Source of the DNA: a virus
Length of the DNA: 64,000 nucleotides
Virus record (IMG/VR): IMGVR_UViG_3300014656_000015
Strand: one strand, 5' to 3'
In this document: positions 27,688-37,258 of the stretch, piece after piece
Numbering within the stretch: the stretch's first letter is position 1
Layout: each line of letters starts with the position of its first letter
Position numbers and translations under genes: made by a program
The notes under the pieces: generated by a model
Databases searched by the model: none
Seen by the model: only the letters and a program-made list of their open reading frames with translations
What the model was told of the DNA's origin: nothing

Positions 27688-28734
27688 TCAGGGATGAACG
27701 CCGGAGAGCACCATGCCGCCGCCGGAGTGTACCAGATGCATCAGGACAGCTGCGGCCCACTTGCCCGGATCGTAGGGCAGGATGACCACCCGAACCTGCC
27801 CCTCGGCCGTCCGCAGCCCGTCGTACAGATAGTTCCGGTCCACCACCATCTGTGCCGTTCCTGCGCAACGCCCGTCGACCGGAGTGACATCGTCCAGAGG
27901 GAAGACCTCTGGAGTTGTCCCGGGTGTCGAGAGCCAGAGCCCGATCAGGAGACCATCGGGGTCGATCCGGATCCCGATGTTCTTCCCTCGACCCCGGCCG
28001 GCCATCCGTACCGCGTTTCGCAGCTCATCGGCCGGGACCAGCACGGTCGCCAGCGGGGTCTTTATGTCACGGGCCCACCCCGTCATGGCCCTCTGGATAT
28101 TCACTACCTCGTTCTCCGTCTTCGCCACACAGTTCGTGGCGATAAGATCGAAGGTGTCCCCGTAGACCCGTACCCCGTGCTCGTCGACCCGCACCGTCGC
28201 GGATCGGATCGAGAGCCCGCTCAGGAGCCGGATCATCGCTGCATTGAGCGCCAGGGGAGTCTCGGAGGAAAGGAGTGAGGCACGGTGGAGCCGATACCCG
28301 TCGGTGACCACGGTACCCCAGGGACCCACCATGAAAAAGTTGTCCCAACCCCGCGCACCACCCGATCCCTTTCGAAGATGTAGATTCAGGAAGTCAATGA
28401 CTCCGACCAATCGCTTCTCGACACCCTCCCGCATCGCTGCGGTCCGCTCCGGTTTTGCCGGGACCGTTGTCAAACCCGAGAAATCCAGGGGCTCGTCAGT
28501 TCGCCAGGCCAGTAGGAAGAACGCCGCCGGTCCCATCTCGACAGCTGGGCCGGCGTAGGGCCGATCCAACAGAAGCGTGGCCTGGAAATTCCCGTAGGTC
28601 CTGTCCGTCAACTTCAGCCGTACCCGGACCCCGGGGTCCGCTGGGGACACTACGAACCTCGGAGAGCTTGCGTCCTTTCTAGACTCAACAATAGTTGAGA
28701 GCAGTGTGATGTTCTCCTTGTTCCAGGCCAGCAT
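27688..28734 (-). CDS. DNA sliding-clamp (Pol III beta)-like protein
   Basis: VVTDGYRLH, VPADELRNAVR, DRNYLYDGL resemble ATDGHRL / F-N-x-x-Y-L-x-D clamp motifs; start moved to ATG 28734 (TGATG coupling). Confidence 0.6.
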   Translation of the reverse strand: MLAWNKENITLLSTIVESRKDASSPRFVVSPADPGVRVRLKLTDRTYGNFQATLLLDRPYAGPAVEMGPAAFFLLAWRTDEPLDFSGLTTVPAKPERTAAMREGVEKRLVGVIDFLNLHLRKGSGGARGWDNFFMVGPWGTVVTDGYRLHRASLLSSETPLALNAAMIRLLSGLSIRSATVRVDEHGVRVYGDTFDLIATNCVAKTENEVVNIQRAMTGWARDIKTPLATVLVPADELRNAVRMAGRGRGKNIGIRIDPDGLLIGLWLSTPGTTPEVFPLDDVTPVDGRCAGTAQMVVDRNYLYDGLRTAEGQVRVVILPYDPGKWAAAVLMHLVHSGGGMVLSGVHP

Positions 28735-29207
28735 CAGGCTCCCCGCTGCGGTTCCGTGGAGGGAAGCCGTCCGCCAAGAAGATACTGCCAGGACGGCCAA
28801 CCACGTTCCTGGGCCAGCTCGAACTCGTCCCGGGTCAGGAAGCCGACGGCCGTACACAGATGGAAGTCGCCGAGCTCCCCATCGACGCAAGCCGAGGAGT
28901 ACTGCTTGGCAAAACGGTAGGACTGTTTCCACCCCGCACCATGGGTCTGTTCGGCCCACTCCAGCTCGGCCCGGACCTCGTCATCCTCCGGATCCTGACC
29001 CGGCCCTAGTCCGAGTGCATCGCGTTCCGACTCGATTGGATCCAGCACCTCGGCATAGATCGAGAAACCCTGCTCCTCACGTACCACGAGGTCTCCAGGT
29101 TCAATCTCGTGCTGCCAGCTCTGCACTCGAGCATCGGCCGCAACCCGATTCTTCTGCTTCCCCTCTAACATTGCCTCCAGGCTGTCATACACCTCGAGCA
29201 TCGTCAT
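28734..29207 (-). CDS. hypothetical protein
   Basis: RBS, acidic phage-like ORF. Confidence 0.7.
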   Translation of the reverse strand: MTMLEVYDSLEAMLEGKQKNRVAADARVQSWQHEIEPGDLVVREEQGFSIYAEVLDPIESERDALGLGPGQDPEDDEVRAELEWAEQTHGAGWKQSYRFAKQYSSACVDGELGDFHLCTAVGFLTRDEFELAQERGWPSWQYLLGGRLPSTEPQRGA

Positions 29208-29213
29208 GTGCTC

Positions 29214-29363
29214 CTACCTCCTCTCCTCCACCGCAGCATCGGCACTCGACGCTGGTTGTGGGGGCCGCACCAGTGCGGCACCCAGGAACATGCCCAGGAT
29301 CAGCCCAAGCACGAAGATCCAGATTCCGGGGAGGCACCACGCTCTCCGATTCTCCGGTTCCAC
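29214..29363 (-). CDS. 49-aa single-TM peptide (not in track)
   Basis: GTG...TAG fills the gap between neighbours; IWIFVLGLILGMFLGAALV. Confidence 0.5.
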   Translation of the reverse strand: MEPENRRAWCLPGIWIFVLGLILGMFLGAALVRPPQPASSADAAVEERR

Positions 29364-29378
29364 CTGTCCCCCCTATAT

Positions 29379-29666
29379 CTACTTGTCTGGAAGGTCGTCA
29401 TACTTGCCGGCCAGAATGCCCCGGATCAGATCGAGTCGGCGCTCTAGCACCCGGTTCCGCTTGATCCAGCGGTCCAGCTCCGGCCCTGTTTCATTCAGCT
29501 CCAGCAACTCATCCATGCTCTGGGGGTCCGTCAAGGGGGGCTGTGCAGTCAGCGGTGTGCCCATCCGGACTCCAGTTGCTGGAGGGAGCGCATCCCAGCA
29601 GGGCCGGCACACGTTACCGGCAGCATCCCCGAGCTCCACGTCATGGCAGACCATGCACTTCTTCAT
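29379..29666 (-). CDS. hypothetical Cys-containing protein
   Basis: CMVC...CRPC; GGAGGAG RBS. Confidence 0.6.
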   Translation of the reverse strand: MKKCMVCHDVELGDAAGNVCRPCWDALPPATGVRMGTPLTAQPPLTDPQSMDELLELNETGPELDRWIKRNRVLERRLDLIRGILAGKYDDLPDK

Positions 29667-30016
29667 CACCACTCCTCCTTCCCAATGATGAGAACGGGTT
29701 GCCACCCGAGGGAGGCTGTCATCCAGTCCTCACCCCAAGCATTCCGTACACACGCCTTATACCCTGCCAGGTAGGCATCTTGATCCTGGCCGTCTCGGAC
29801 CACGTAGTCCGGCACCTCCATGACGCCCCGCCGCTCCGGACCGCCAACACTACTGAAGGGGATATTCTCACAGAAGTCCTGAGTACAGTCGTGCCAGCCC
29901 CGTTCGTAGGACGCATCGTATCTCAGGTCCGCCACGCACCGCGCACAGGATGACCCGTGCTGTCCGTGCTTCTGAAGGAACCTGACGGAGTGGCCACAAC
30001 GTAAAGCATCCACCAT
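29666..30016 (-). CDS. hypothetical protein
   Basis: Coupled ORF. Confidence 0.55.
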   Translation of the reverse strand: MVDALRCGHSVRFLQKHGQHGSSCARCVADLRYDASYERGWHDCTQDFCENIPFSSVGGPERRGVMEVPDYVVRDGQDQDAYLAGYKACVRNAWGEDWMTASLGWQPVLIIGKEEW

Positions 30017-30160
30017 CTCTACCCCCGATGCTCGGTGAGCAGGGCGACAAGCCGTACCCCGAGATAGGACAGGAGACAGGCCCCGAAACAGATCGAGGCA
30101 ACGACCAGGATGCCAGCCTCGGCTACCCGAAGCGGGAGCGGGGCCTCCCGGGTCAGCGGC

Positions 30161-30637
30161 TCAAAGGGTTCCATCGGATCTCTCCTCCTCAGTCATCAAG
30201 GATTCGAGCAGCCTTCTGGTCTCGAGGCCCAGCTCAATCCTGTCCCGGTTCCTTGCATACCAGGGACCGATAGTGCCGACCACCCGAGTCCTCGCCATGC
30301 CCCTCCAGTCCGCAAGCATCTCCTTCACATAGGGTACCGGCATGGGAAGTAGCTTCGTGCCCCCATCATCCTCCTTCAACCGCCAATGCTGCCAATGATG
30401 CGGGTTGCGATGCTGATGCCGGAGCCACGCAAGGTCGAACGCAGCTTCACACCCCGGTCTGCAGTTACCGTCCGGTGCCGGATCGTAGAAGAAGTTGACG
30501 TAGGCAAACCACTCATCGGGCCGAAACTTGGAGAGGTCGTGGACCAGACCCCTCCAGACGACGCCGAGCCCGACACACTCGACGAACACGAACCAGCGGT
30601 GCCGAAGCACGTAACTAAGGTATCTGAGATGGTTCAT
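30161..30637 (-). CDS. DUF5662-like HD-type protein
   Basis: HDLSKF...AWLRHQHRNPHHWQHW...EMLADW. Confidence 0.75.
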   Translation of the reverse strand: MNHLRYLSYVLRHRWFVFVECVGLGVVWRGLVHDLSKFRPDEWFAYVNFFYDPAPDGNCRPGCEAAFDLAWLRHQHRNPHHWQHWRLKEDDGGTKLLPMPVPYVKEMLADWRGMARTRVVGTIGPWYARNRDRIELGLETRRLLESLMTEEERSDGTL

Positions 30638-30986
30638 CTCTGACTCCAGTCTCCCGACACTGGACGAATTCGGGCTGCGCCTCTATCTGCGCAGCGTTGC
30701 GGCGTACCACGTCACATCGTACCGGGGGTACCCGACCATTCACGGCAACCCTGCCGTAGACACCACCCAGCAGGTAGTGAACCGGAAGGGTGCTACAGCT
30801 ACAATCCGGGTTCAACGCACGGCCCCGCTGCAAGCAGTGACACATCGGACGCTGGGTCCAGTCCGGTTCCCGGCACAGGTCCTCGAGACAGGCCACCATG
30901 GCATCGGTAGCCTCCAGGGCGCTCATGGATTCCTCCCCACAACCAGTGGGAACCAGGAGCAGCAACCACAGCAGCATTCCTTTCAT
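30615..30986 (-). CDS. putative lipoprotein
   Basis: MKGMLLWLLLLVPTGC lipobox-like N-terminus; Cys-rich. Confidence 0.55.
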   Translation of the reverse strand: MKGMLLWLLLLVPTGCGEESMSALEATDAMVACLEDLCREPDWTQRPMCHCLQRGRALNPDCSCSTLPVHYLLGGVYGRVAVNGRVPPVRCDVVRRNAAQIEAQPEFVQCRETGVRDEPSQIP

Positions 30987-31089
30987 CTCTCCTCCGTCCC
31001 TCCCACCGACTACGGTGAGCTTCGTTGAGGGCGCGAGCCGGGGCATTGCCCCTTATGCGCCCGCTATCCTTTTTATCTTGACACTAGAG

Positions 31090-32124
31090 CTAGAGCTCGA
31101 GCGCGAAGGCGTCGTCGTCATCCCGAGGCCAGACCGAGTCACAGTCCTCGTACACCGAGCACAGAAACTCCCGGGCCCGACGCGGACCCTTGGAGTGCCG
31201 GGCTGAGTCCGGCGTGATGAGACGGGTCAGTCCGTAGCCAGCCACATATGCGTCCACGGTACACTGCTCCCCGAACCGCTTGATACAGGAGCAACGGATC
31301 GTGGCCAGGGCACGCACCGCGGCCTGTGTGCTACACCAACGATCGAACGGGGAGCAGGTCCCCATGAAGCGACGCTCGAGGGCGCCACGCGGCATGAACT
31401 GGAACATGCCCCGCTCGCCCCGTGCCCCGGTGCAGTAGAGGCAATCGGTAACCTTCGTCACCTGAGCCCCGACCCTACGCTCCATGTAACCCCGCTCCGT
31501 CTTGAGAGCCAGGCGGGACTCCCGGTACCCCATGGCCAGGATGATGTAGGGGTTGACCCGGGGAACCTGGGAATCATCGGTCTCGAAGGTCTCATGCTCA
31601 TCGCTCAGCTCCGGGCACTGGATACCGGACACCTCGTTGGTGGCCCGATAGATGTCCCAGGCCACGTCCATGGCACGCGGCAAGCCGCCTTGACGCTCCT
31701 GAACCAGGAACTGGGGCTGCAACAGAACCGTGGTCTCCATCAGATCAGCCACCTCCTGCGCCATGATCAGGGGGTCGGTACCGAGCCGCTTGGAGAGCCG
31801 GAGGATGCCGTCCGCCGTATCGAACATGCGTCCATCCCCCACGGCCCCCCACGGCTCGGACAGGTCGCGCCGCAGCTCCAGAAGCACGTCGTCGGGCCGC
31901 ACCTCGACGACCTCGGGCTCCGCTATTACTTCTTCCGGAGGCTCCGGGGTCTCGGGCTGCGGGCTTTCCTGGGTCTCGACCCCGGCAGCATCGTCAAGGT
32001 CTCCCTGTGTCGGGGCGCACCCTTCCAGACAGGTGGCCAGCATCAGGTAGGCCAGCACGATACCGGCCACCACCGCGCCCACACAGACACCTAGCACCAC
32101 GTTCGACTTTCTTCTCTGTACCAT
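31090..32124 (-). CDS. membrane-anchored lytic transglycosylase-like protein
   Basis: N-terminal TM; ILAMGYRES (catalytic E-S), GMFQFMP, AGYG. Confidence 0.7.
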   Translation of the reverse strand: MVQRRKSNVVLGVCVGAVVAGIVLAYLMLATCLEGCAPTQGDLDDAAGVETQESPQPETPEPPEEVIAEPEVVEVRPDDVLLELRRDLSEPWGAVGDGRMFDTADGILRLSKRLGTDPLIMAQEVADLMETTVLLQPQFLVQERQGGLPRAMDVAWDIYRATNEVSGIQCPELSDEHETFETDDSQVPRVNPYIILAMGYRESRLALKTERGYMERRVGAQVTKVTDCLYCTGARGERGMFQFMPRGALERRFMGTCSPFDRWCSTQAAVRALATIRCSCIKRFGEQCTVDAYVAGYGLTRLITPDSARHSKGPRRAREFLCSVYEDCDSVWPRDDDDAFALEL

Positions 32125-32209
32125 TCCGTCTCCTACAACGCCTTCCCTTCAACGAAGGCGACGTCCAATCCTATCAACCAGGGTCCGCCACACCAAATGA
32201 CCCTGGCTG

Positions 32210-32470
32210 CTAGTGGTCGGTACCCTCTCCCACTCGACTCGATCCACGACACGCCTGCTCCAGACGCATCCGGTCGATGCAGGTCCGCATCCCCAGGATC
32301 GCCCGGCGCCGCCCCGCGCTCTTCCGAGCCGTGGCAAGGAGCCGACGTTCGGTGTCCTTCAGCGTCTCCATGAGCTCATCGAGCACCTCCACCAGCTCGG
32401 GGTACGGATACCTCAGACGAGCCCTCAGGTACTTCGTCAGCAGCTCCTGTCGTCTATCCTCACGCATCAT
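32210..32470 (-). CDS. hypothetical protein
   Basis: Coupled ORF. Confidence 0.55.
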   Translation of the reverse strand: MMREDRRQELLTKYLRARLRYPYPELVEVLDELMETLKDTERRLLATARKSAGRRRAILGMRTCIDRMRLEQACRGSSRVGEGTDH

Positions 32471-32816
32471 CCTCCCCTTCCAGGGGTGGAATCCAGCCCT
32501 TCGGCGGCTTCCAATCTTCCGCAAGTGCCTTCACCGCCCAGTCCGGGTAGGGACGCTTTGCCTTGACGGCTTTCCAAACCTTCCTGGCTACCACCAACGC
32601 CTTTCGCGTTGTGGACAGACTTTCCCAGTAGAGACGTCCCGTCTCGTGCTGACAGTAATCATGTGTACCCAATCCAAGTACAACCCGGGAAATCTCATCG
32701 CTCTCTGGATCTGCACCCATCTCTCCTATGACGAGATCCCCCTCAACCCCCTCATCCTCATCAAACCAGGCGATGCACCACCCCTCCGAGTGCTCGCTGA
32801 TGTCCAACCTCAACAT
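32460..32816 (-). CDS. hypothetical protein
   Basis: ATG 32816 overlaps the HNH stop. Confidence 0.6.
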   Translation of the reverse strand: MLRLDISEHSEGWCIAWFDEDEGVEGDLVIGEMGADPESDEISRVVLGLGTHDYCQHETGRLYWESLSTTRKALVVARKVWKAVKAKRPYPDWAVKALAEDWKPPKGWIPPLEGEDDA

Positions 32817-33304
32817 ATCTTTGCCCTTTCCCGCAACACGACACGCCGCACCCGGTTCCGGGGCACGACACACGCCTCCTCCTCGGTCCAACCCCTGGAG
32901 AGCCGCTTCAGGAAGGAGAGATAGCTGATCCCGAGGTGCCCGGCCCACTCCTCGTAGGTCTGCGTGACTCCGTCCACCGTGATCTCCTTCCCACGAAACG
33001 AGGGCTGGGATAGTCCCTGCTCCGAGCCGGTCTGCCAGGCACAGTTCTCGGGACAGTAGTCCCCATCAGCATCCAATCGCCCCAGGCTGGTCCCCGCCGG
33101 CCGCTCCCCCATATCCTCGAGGAAGTTGAGGAACGCGTTCGGGGTACCCCGCCGCCAACGTGGACAGACCTCGATGCCCTTGGCCGTGTAGTACCTGGCA
33201 TCGGTGCGAAAGAACTGCTCGCACCGTGCATTCATCGTGTGCCAGGTCACATAGGTGGGACTGGGCCGGTTACCTCGGTAGTGTCCGTGTACCACACGAC
33301 CCAT
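32810..33304 (-). CDS. HNH-type homing-endonuclease-like protein
   Basis: TY.TW..M..RC...Y...GI.VC.RW...F.NFLEDMGERP...SL.R.D..GDY.PENC.W plus C-terminal DNA-binding tail. Confidence 0.8.
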   Translation of the reverse strand: MGRVVHGHYRGNRPSPTYVTWHTMNARCEQFFRTDARYYTAKGIEVCPRWRRGTPNAFLNFLEDMGERPAGTSLGRLDADGDYCPENCAWQTGSEQGLSQPSFRGKEITVDGVTQTYEEWAGHLGISYLSFLKRLSRGWTEEEACVVPRNRVRRVVLRERAKIC

Positions 33305-33564
33305 TACTCGACCCCCATCCTTCGTCGAATAGGGGAGCCCGCAGGCAGCTCCTCCCTGGACCCGAACCGGTGCACGGTCACCTTCCTCCCCTCGCACCCA
33401 GACAGGGGTTCGGTACGACGCAGCTCGAGACGGCACCAACCCAGCCTCTCGACGAAATAGTTGCACGATCCGCAGCTCCGCTCCGGCACGACGACCGGCA
33501 CCGGGTCCCGAGGTTGGTAGGCGGGGGCCTCCCAGACCTCTCCCTTGATCTCCTGCCTCCTCAT
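33304..33564 (-). CDS. hypothetical Cys protein
   Basis: CGSC.Y...WC...C; TAATG coupling. Confidence 0.6.
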   Translation of the reverse strand: MRRQEIKGEVWEAPAYQPRDPVPVVVPERSCGSCNYFVERLGWCRLELRRTEPLSGCEGRKVTVHRFGSREELPAGSPIRRRMGVE

Positions 33565-33567
33565 TCT

Positions 33568-33975
33568 CTACTCCTGTTCGGGCGGTGGAAGCGGCATGGC
33601 CCGAATGGACAACCTGGCCCGCCGAGCCTCCCGACCCAGATCCTTCCATGCATCGATCAGACGGAATGTCCTGCAGTATCCAAAAACGGGGCAACGTGGA
33701 CAATTATAGGAATCCTCCGCGTTACTGAACCAGCTTGAGACCGGATCGGAGGAACCCACGCACCCCGCGCAGTAAAACGTCTCCGCCCGGTGACGTGGGT
33801 CCTTCGATGGAAGACTGTCGGTAGCAAGCCAGCGGGCGTAGGTCGCCACGGCTGCCACGGCCCGACCTCGATTATCCGAGTAGTTGAGCTGCTGCAACAT
33901 CTTCGGCAGCCAGGTAGCATAATCGTCTCTCAGTGTGGCCTCCCACACCGCATCGAACACCTCTTTCAAGACCAT
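33568..33975 (-). CDS. hypothetical protein
   Basis: First gene after a GGTATAAG box. Confidence 0.6.
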   Translation of the reverse strand: MVLKEVFDAVWEATLRDDYATWLPKMLQQLNYSDNRGRAVAAVATYARWLATDSLPSKDPRHRAETFYCAGCVGSSDPVSSWFSNAEDSYNCPRCPVFGYCRTFRLIDAWKDLGREARRARLSIRAMPLPPPEQE

Positions 33976-34005
33976 CTCGCTCTAATCTCCTTCCCATCCG
34001 CGCTT

Positions 34006-34013
34006 CTTATACC
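34006..34013 (-). promoter_or_regulatory. GGTATAAG promoter-like box
   Basis: Intergenic, ~30 nt before a minus-strand start; recurs at 55790 and 60619. Confidence 0.55.
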
Positions 34014-34050
34014 AAACAACGTCCGGGTCTCTCATGCTACGCTTCAGCTG

Positions 34051-34398
34051 ATGGCACGTCGGGGGCTGCACCAGGAAGTCGAGCTGCGGATCATGGGCCA
34101 GGAGGTCCGCTTCCCGGCCGACAAGAAGAGCATGGTTCTGATCATCCTGATCCTGGCCCTGTCCTTCACCATCTCCAACTACATCATCTTCGTCATGGCC
34201 GGCGAGGAGAATGTCCGCAGCGTGATGCGGGCCGTGGATCCCAAGGATGGTAATGAGGGTGGGGGTGGCTCGAGCCGGCAACACATCCTGACCCTGGAGG
34301 AGCCCACCGTGGAATACCGGGACGGTCCCGAGTGCTGTCCGTGTCCCGAAAAGGCTCCGGCGGATCTCAAGCTCCAGCCCTGGATGCGACAAAATTAG
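34051..34398 (+). CDS. single-TM membrane protein
   Basis: VLIILILALSFTISNYIIFVMA; 3' part of track ORF 33790..34398. Confidence 0.6.
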   Translation: MARRGLHQEVELRIMGQEVRFPADKKSMVLIILILALSFTISNYIIFVMAGEENVRSVMRAVDPKDGNEGGGGSSRQHILTLEEPTVEYRDGPECCPCPEKAPADLKLQPWMRQN

Positions 34399-34521
34399 CC
34401 CCTCCCTTTGTCATAAGCATGTCGGAAAGGAGGTATTCCTATACACAAGGAAGCCGAGGAATGGATCGAAGCCTTCTCTCGAACCCTCAGGGGGTCGCCC
34501 ACCCGCATAGCGCATCATCTG

Positions 34522-34875
34522 GTGCAGTTGGGGGTGGACAGCACGGGCACGTGTGACTGCACGAATCTCGGGGACGGCGACGTCCTCGACTGGTTGCACA
34601 ACCACCACCGAGAATTCAACTCTCGGGTATGGAAGCTGCTTTGGGGGGCGGACCGTCTCCAGGCGGTCCGGAGCGTGATACGACGAGACCTCCGAGTCCC
34701 CAACACCGTTCCCAGCGCTGAGGAGGAGTTCGGTCACATCGTCCGCAAGGACTATGGGCGGGCGCTCCTTGATCACTTCCTCAAGGCGCAACCGGACCCG
34801 ACCTGGGTCGAGGTCGGTGATCGAGGAGCAGACCGAGGTCTACTCCTGGAACTCCATCTCCCTTGGAGGGTCTAG
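34522..34875 (+). CDS. hypothetical protein (start uncertain)
   Basis: Followed by a plus-strand hairpin+CTTAG element. Confidence 0.45.
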   Translation: MQLGVDSTGTCDCTNLGDGDVLDWLHNHHREFNSRVWKLLWGADRLQAVRSVIRRDLRVPNTVPSAEEEFGHIVRKDYGRALLDHFLKAQPDPTWVEVGDRGADRGLLLELHLPWRV

Positions 34876-34882
34876 CATCCTC

Positions 34883-34950
34883 GGGCCAATCCTGGCCCAA
34901 TCCCCTTAGCTATCCATAGAGGGCTAAGGTGAGGGACCCGATGGTCCCTC
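34883..34950. terminator. back-to-back hairpin+CTTAG terminators
   Basis: (+) GGGCCA-n4-TGGCCC then AATCCCCTTAGC; (-) GAGGGACC-n4-GGTCCCTC then ACCTTAGC; between convergent genes. Confidence 0.65.
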
Positions 34951-34960
34951 ATGAATCGAA

Positions 34961-35683
34961 TCAGTCCTTGGTGGGGTAGAGTCGGAGCTCACGCCCCTCC
35001 TGCCGCACCACCACATCGGGAACCTTGCCCTCCCACAACCACTTGGAGAGGCCGGCACGGGCCGACGACCTGCTGGCGTAGTGGAAGATCCCGTGGGTAT
35101 CCAGGAGCTCCTTGAACCGGATGCCGGGCTGCTTCCGGACGATCTCGGAGACCCGGCGCATCGTGGCCTGCCACGGGGTCCAGCAACGACCCGAAGCAGT
35201 ACCGGCGGGGACGAAGTCCTTCTGCTCCGCACAGAGGGCGGAGCGCAGCTTCCGGATATTCTGCAGGAGATACTGCGGGGGGCCGGGTCGCCGGATGAGG
35301 CGGGGCGCGTGGGTCTCACTGACCCTATCCGTCTCCCAGTGCCGCCACGCCACGTGCACCAGCAGCACGCCGACCCCACGACTCTCCGCAATGCTCAGTG
35401 CCAGAGCACGACCCGGACCGACATGCTGCTTGGCCGGTGCGGGTACCGCGATACTGACATGGTGCACCCAGTACCGCCAGTGAAGGGCCTGGGCCAGGAG
35501 ATCCAGGTTCAGACTGGTCTTGCACTCGATGATATGGACCAGCCCGCCTCGGACCGCCACGATGTCGGCGACGGCACCACCAGTCGTGACCTGGACCTCC
35601 TGGTAGACCTCCCAACCCGTACCACGGAGGTATTCCACGACTGCGCGGGCAAGTCGCTCCTCCGTCAGCTTGGCTCTTTGCAT
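34961..35683 (-). CDS. PD-(D/E)XK nuclease (MmcB-like)
   Basis: YQEV...ADIVA...IIECKTS...GVGVL. Confidence 0.75.
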   Translation of the reverse strand: MQRAKLTEERLARAVVEYLRGTGWEVYQEVQVTTGGAVADIVAVRGGLVHIIECKTSLNLDLLAQALHWRYWVHHVSIAVPAPAKQHVGPGRALALSIAESRGVGVLLVHVAWRHWETDRVSETHAPRLIRRPGPPQYLLQNIRKLRSALCAEQKDFVPAGTASGRCWTPWQATMRRVSEIVRKQPGIRFKELLDTHGIFHYASRSSARAGLSKWLWEGKVPDVVVRQEGRELRLYPTKD

Positions 35684-35855
35684 CGTGAGGCCACGGTCTC
35701 AACCAGGTTGAGGAAGTAGATCTGCAACACGGCGGAGGCGGAGGCCACCTCGAGCTCGGTATGCACATCGGGCTCCCGCAACCAGCATGCCACCGTCCGC
35801 AGCAACGACGCGACGTAACGATTGAAATCCCGCTGCTCCTCGCCGGTCACCAGCC

Positions 35856-36251
35856 TCATTCCGCTTCCTCCTCTCCCTCCACGTCATCCACATCCGGCTC
35901 CTCATCGATCTCATCCAGCAACAGGATCGTCTTGGCGCCCCGCGCCCGCTGCTCCGCTTCGTTCCAGGTCGAAGCCGGCCCGCACCACCACAGGTTGGGC
36001 GGACCCCTCAGCTGCTTCTTCTCCGGCAGGAAGGCGTAGTGCGAGCATATAGGGTCGGTACAGCCGTCTCGAGCCGAACCACCCACACAAGCCCGACAGA
36101 ATGCACGCTGCGCCCGTGCTCTGGAGAGACCACGCCTCGGTGATTGAAGACGGCCCTGCAGCCGCTTGCACTCCAACCACAGCCCACACTGTGTACAGGG
36201 GTCGGCCGCAACCCACATCCCATAGCACTGCGGCCTCTCATTCTCTTCCAT
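35856..36251 (-). CDS. Cys-rich hypothetical protein
   Basis: Multiple CxxC; acidic tail. Confidence 0.6.
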   Translation of the reverse strand: MEENERPQCYGMWVAADPCTQCGLWLECKRLQGRLQSPRRGLSRARAQRAFCRACVGGSARDGCTDPICSHYAFLPEKKQLRGPPNLWWCGPASTWNEAEQRARGAKTILLLDEIDEEPDVDDVEGEEEAE

Positions 36252-36995
36252 TCACGACTTCTCCCCACTCCCCGTAGCCGGGGAGTCGGAAGGGAGGACA
36301 CCCGATGGCTGATCCTCTCCGAGCAGAGCACTGGTGATCACTTCCTTGTCCTCCGGGCTCCAGCCACAGGTCCGGGAGACCCCACGAGCCCCCTTCGACC
36401 TGGTGCTGGACACCGCCAGGCTGGCCGCGGAGTAGGCATGCAGCACCCCACCCGGTGAGGCCACGGCCTGTGCCGCGTAGACGGCAGGGGCCCGTGGGTC
36501 GAGCCCCATGCTCCTGGTCTGGGTGAACGCCTCGAGGCCCTGGCCGAGGAAGACGAAGTTCCAGGAGTAGACCTCGGTCTGCTCCTTGACCATCTCCGCG
36601 ATCCGATGCGCGGAGAACTCCTTGGAAGCGTTCTCCAGCCCGTCCGTGATGATGACGACGATGACGGCAGCGGGACGCTCCGCTTCCTCCATCGCGACCA
36701 GCCGCGCCCCGAGGCGCAGAATGGTTCGCCCGACCGCATCGAGCAAAGCCGTCATGCCGCGTGGGACATAGGTGCCCCGGTTCAGCGGGGGCACCGCATG
36801 GATGTCGACACCGTCGTGCACGATCTCGTAGACGTCGTCGAACTGGCAGTAGGTCAGCCGGCACGAACCGACCCCGGACTCCTGTTGCTCCTTCAGGAAT
36901 CGGTTGAAGCCTCCGACGACCTCGTCCTGCTTCCCATTCATGGACCCGCTACGATCCACGATGACCGCGATCTCCGACTTGTTCCGATCCATCAC
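36252..36995 (-). CDS. von Willebrand factor A domain protein
   Basis: MIDAS DRSGSM, TALLDA, IITDGLEN. Confidence 0.9.
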   Translation of the reverse strand: MMDRNKSEIAVIVDRSGSMNGKQDEVVGGFNRFLKEQQESGVGSCRLTYCQFDDVYEIVHDGVDIHAVPPLNRGTYVPRGMTALLDAVGRTILRLGARLVAMEEAERPAAVIVVIITDGLENASKEFSAHRIAEMVKEQTEVYSWNFVFLGQGLEAFTQTRSMGLDPRAPAVYAAQAVASPGGVLHAYSAASLAVSSTRSKGARGVSRTCGWSPEDKEVITSALLGEDQPSGVLPSDSPATGSGEKS

Positions 36996-37019
36996 TCTCT
37001 CCTTTCCCTTACCACTTCC

Positions 37020-37238
37020 TTACCGTACCCATCGCCCGATAGCTGACTCCATGTTGGAGACCGCCCCAATCTGGGCCTCGGTGATATGCTCATGTTCCTC
37101 GACCCAGACCTCGATGCTCTCCAGCGTGTCCGTCACGCCCGACGCGAAGTCCTCGGCACGTTCCGGCAGATCCCCCGCATCGCTGACCGCTTCCCTGATC
37201 CGCTCCAGCCAGAATCTCCATCGACAATCACCACACAT
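37020..37238 (-). CDS. hypothetical protein
   Basis: RBS, phage-like small ORF. Confidence 0.6.
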   Translation of the reverse strand: MCGDCRWRFWLERIREAVSDAGDLPERAEDFASGVTDTLESIEVWVEEHEHITEAQIGAVSNMESAIGRWVR

Positions 37239-37258
37239 CTTTCCTCCTTATTGTGCCG

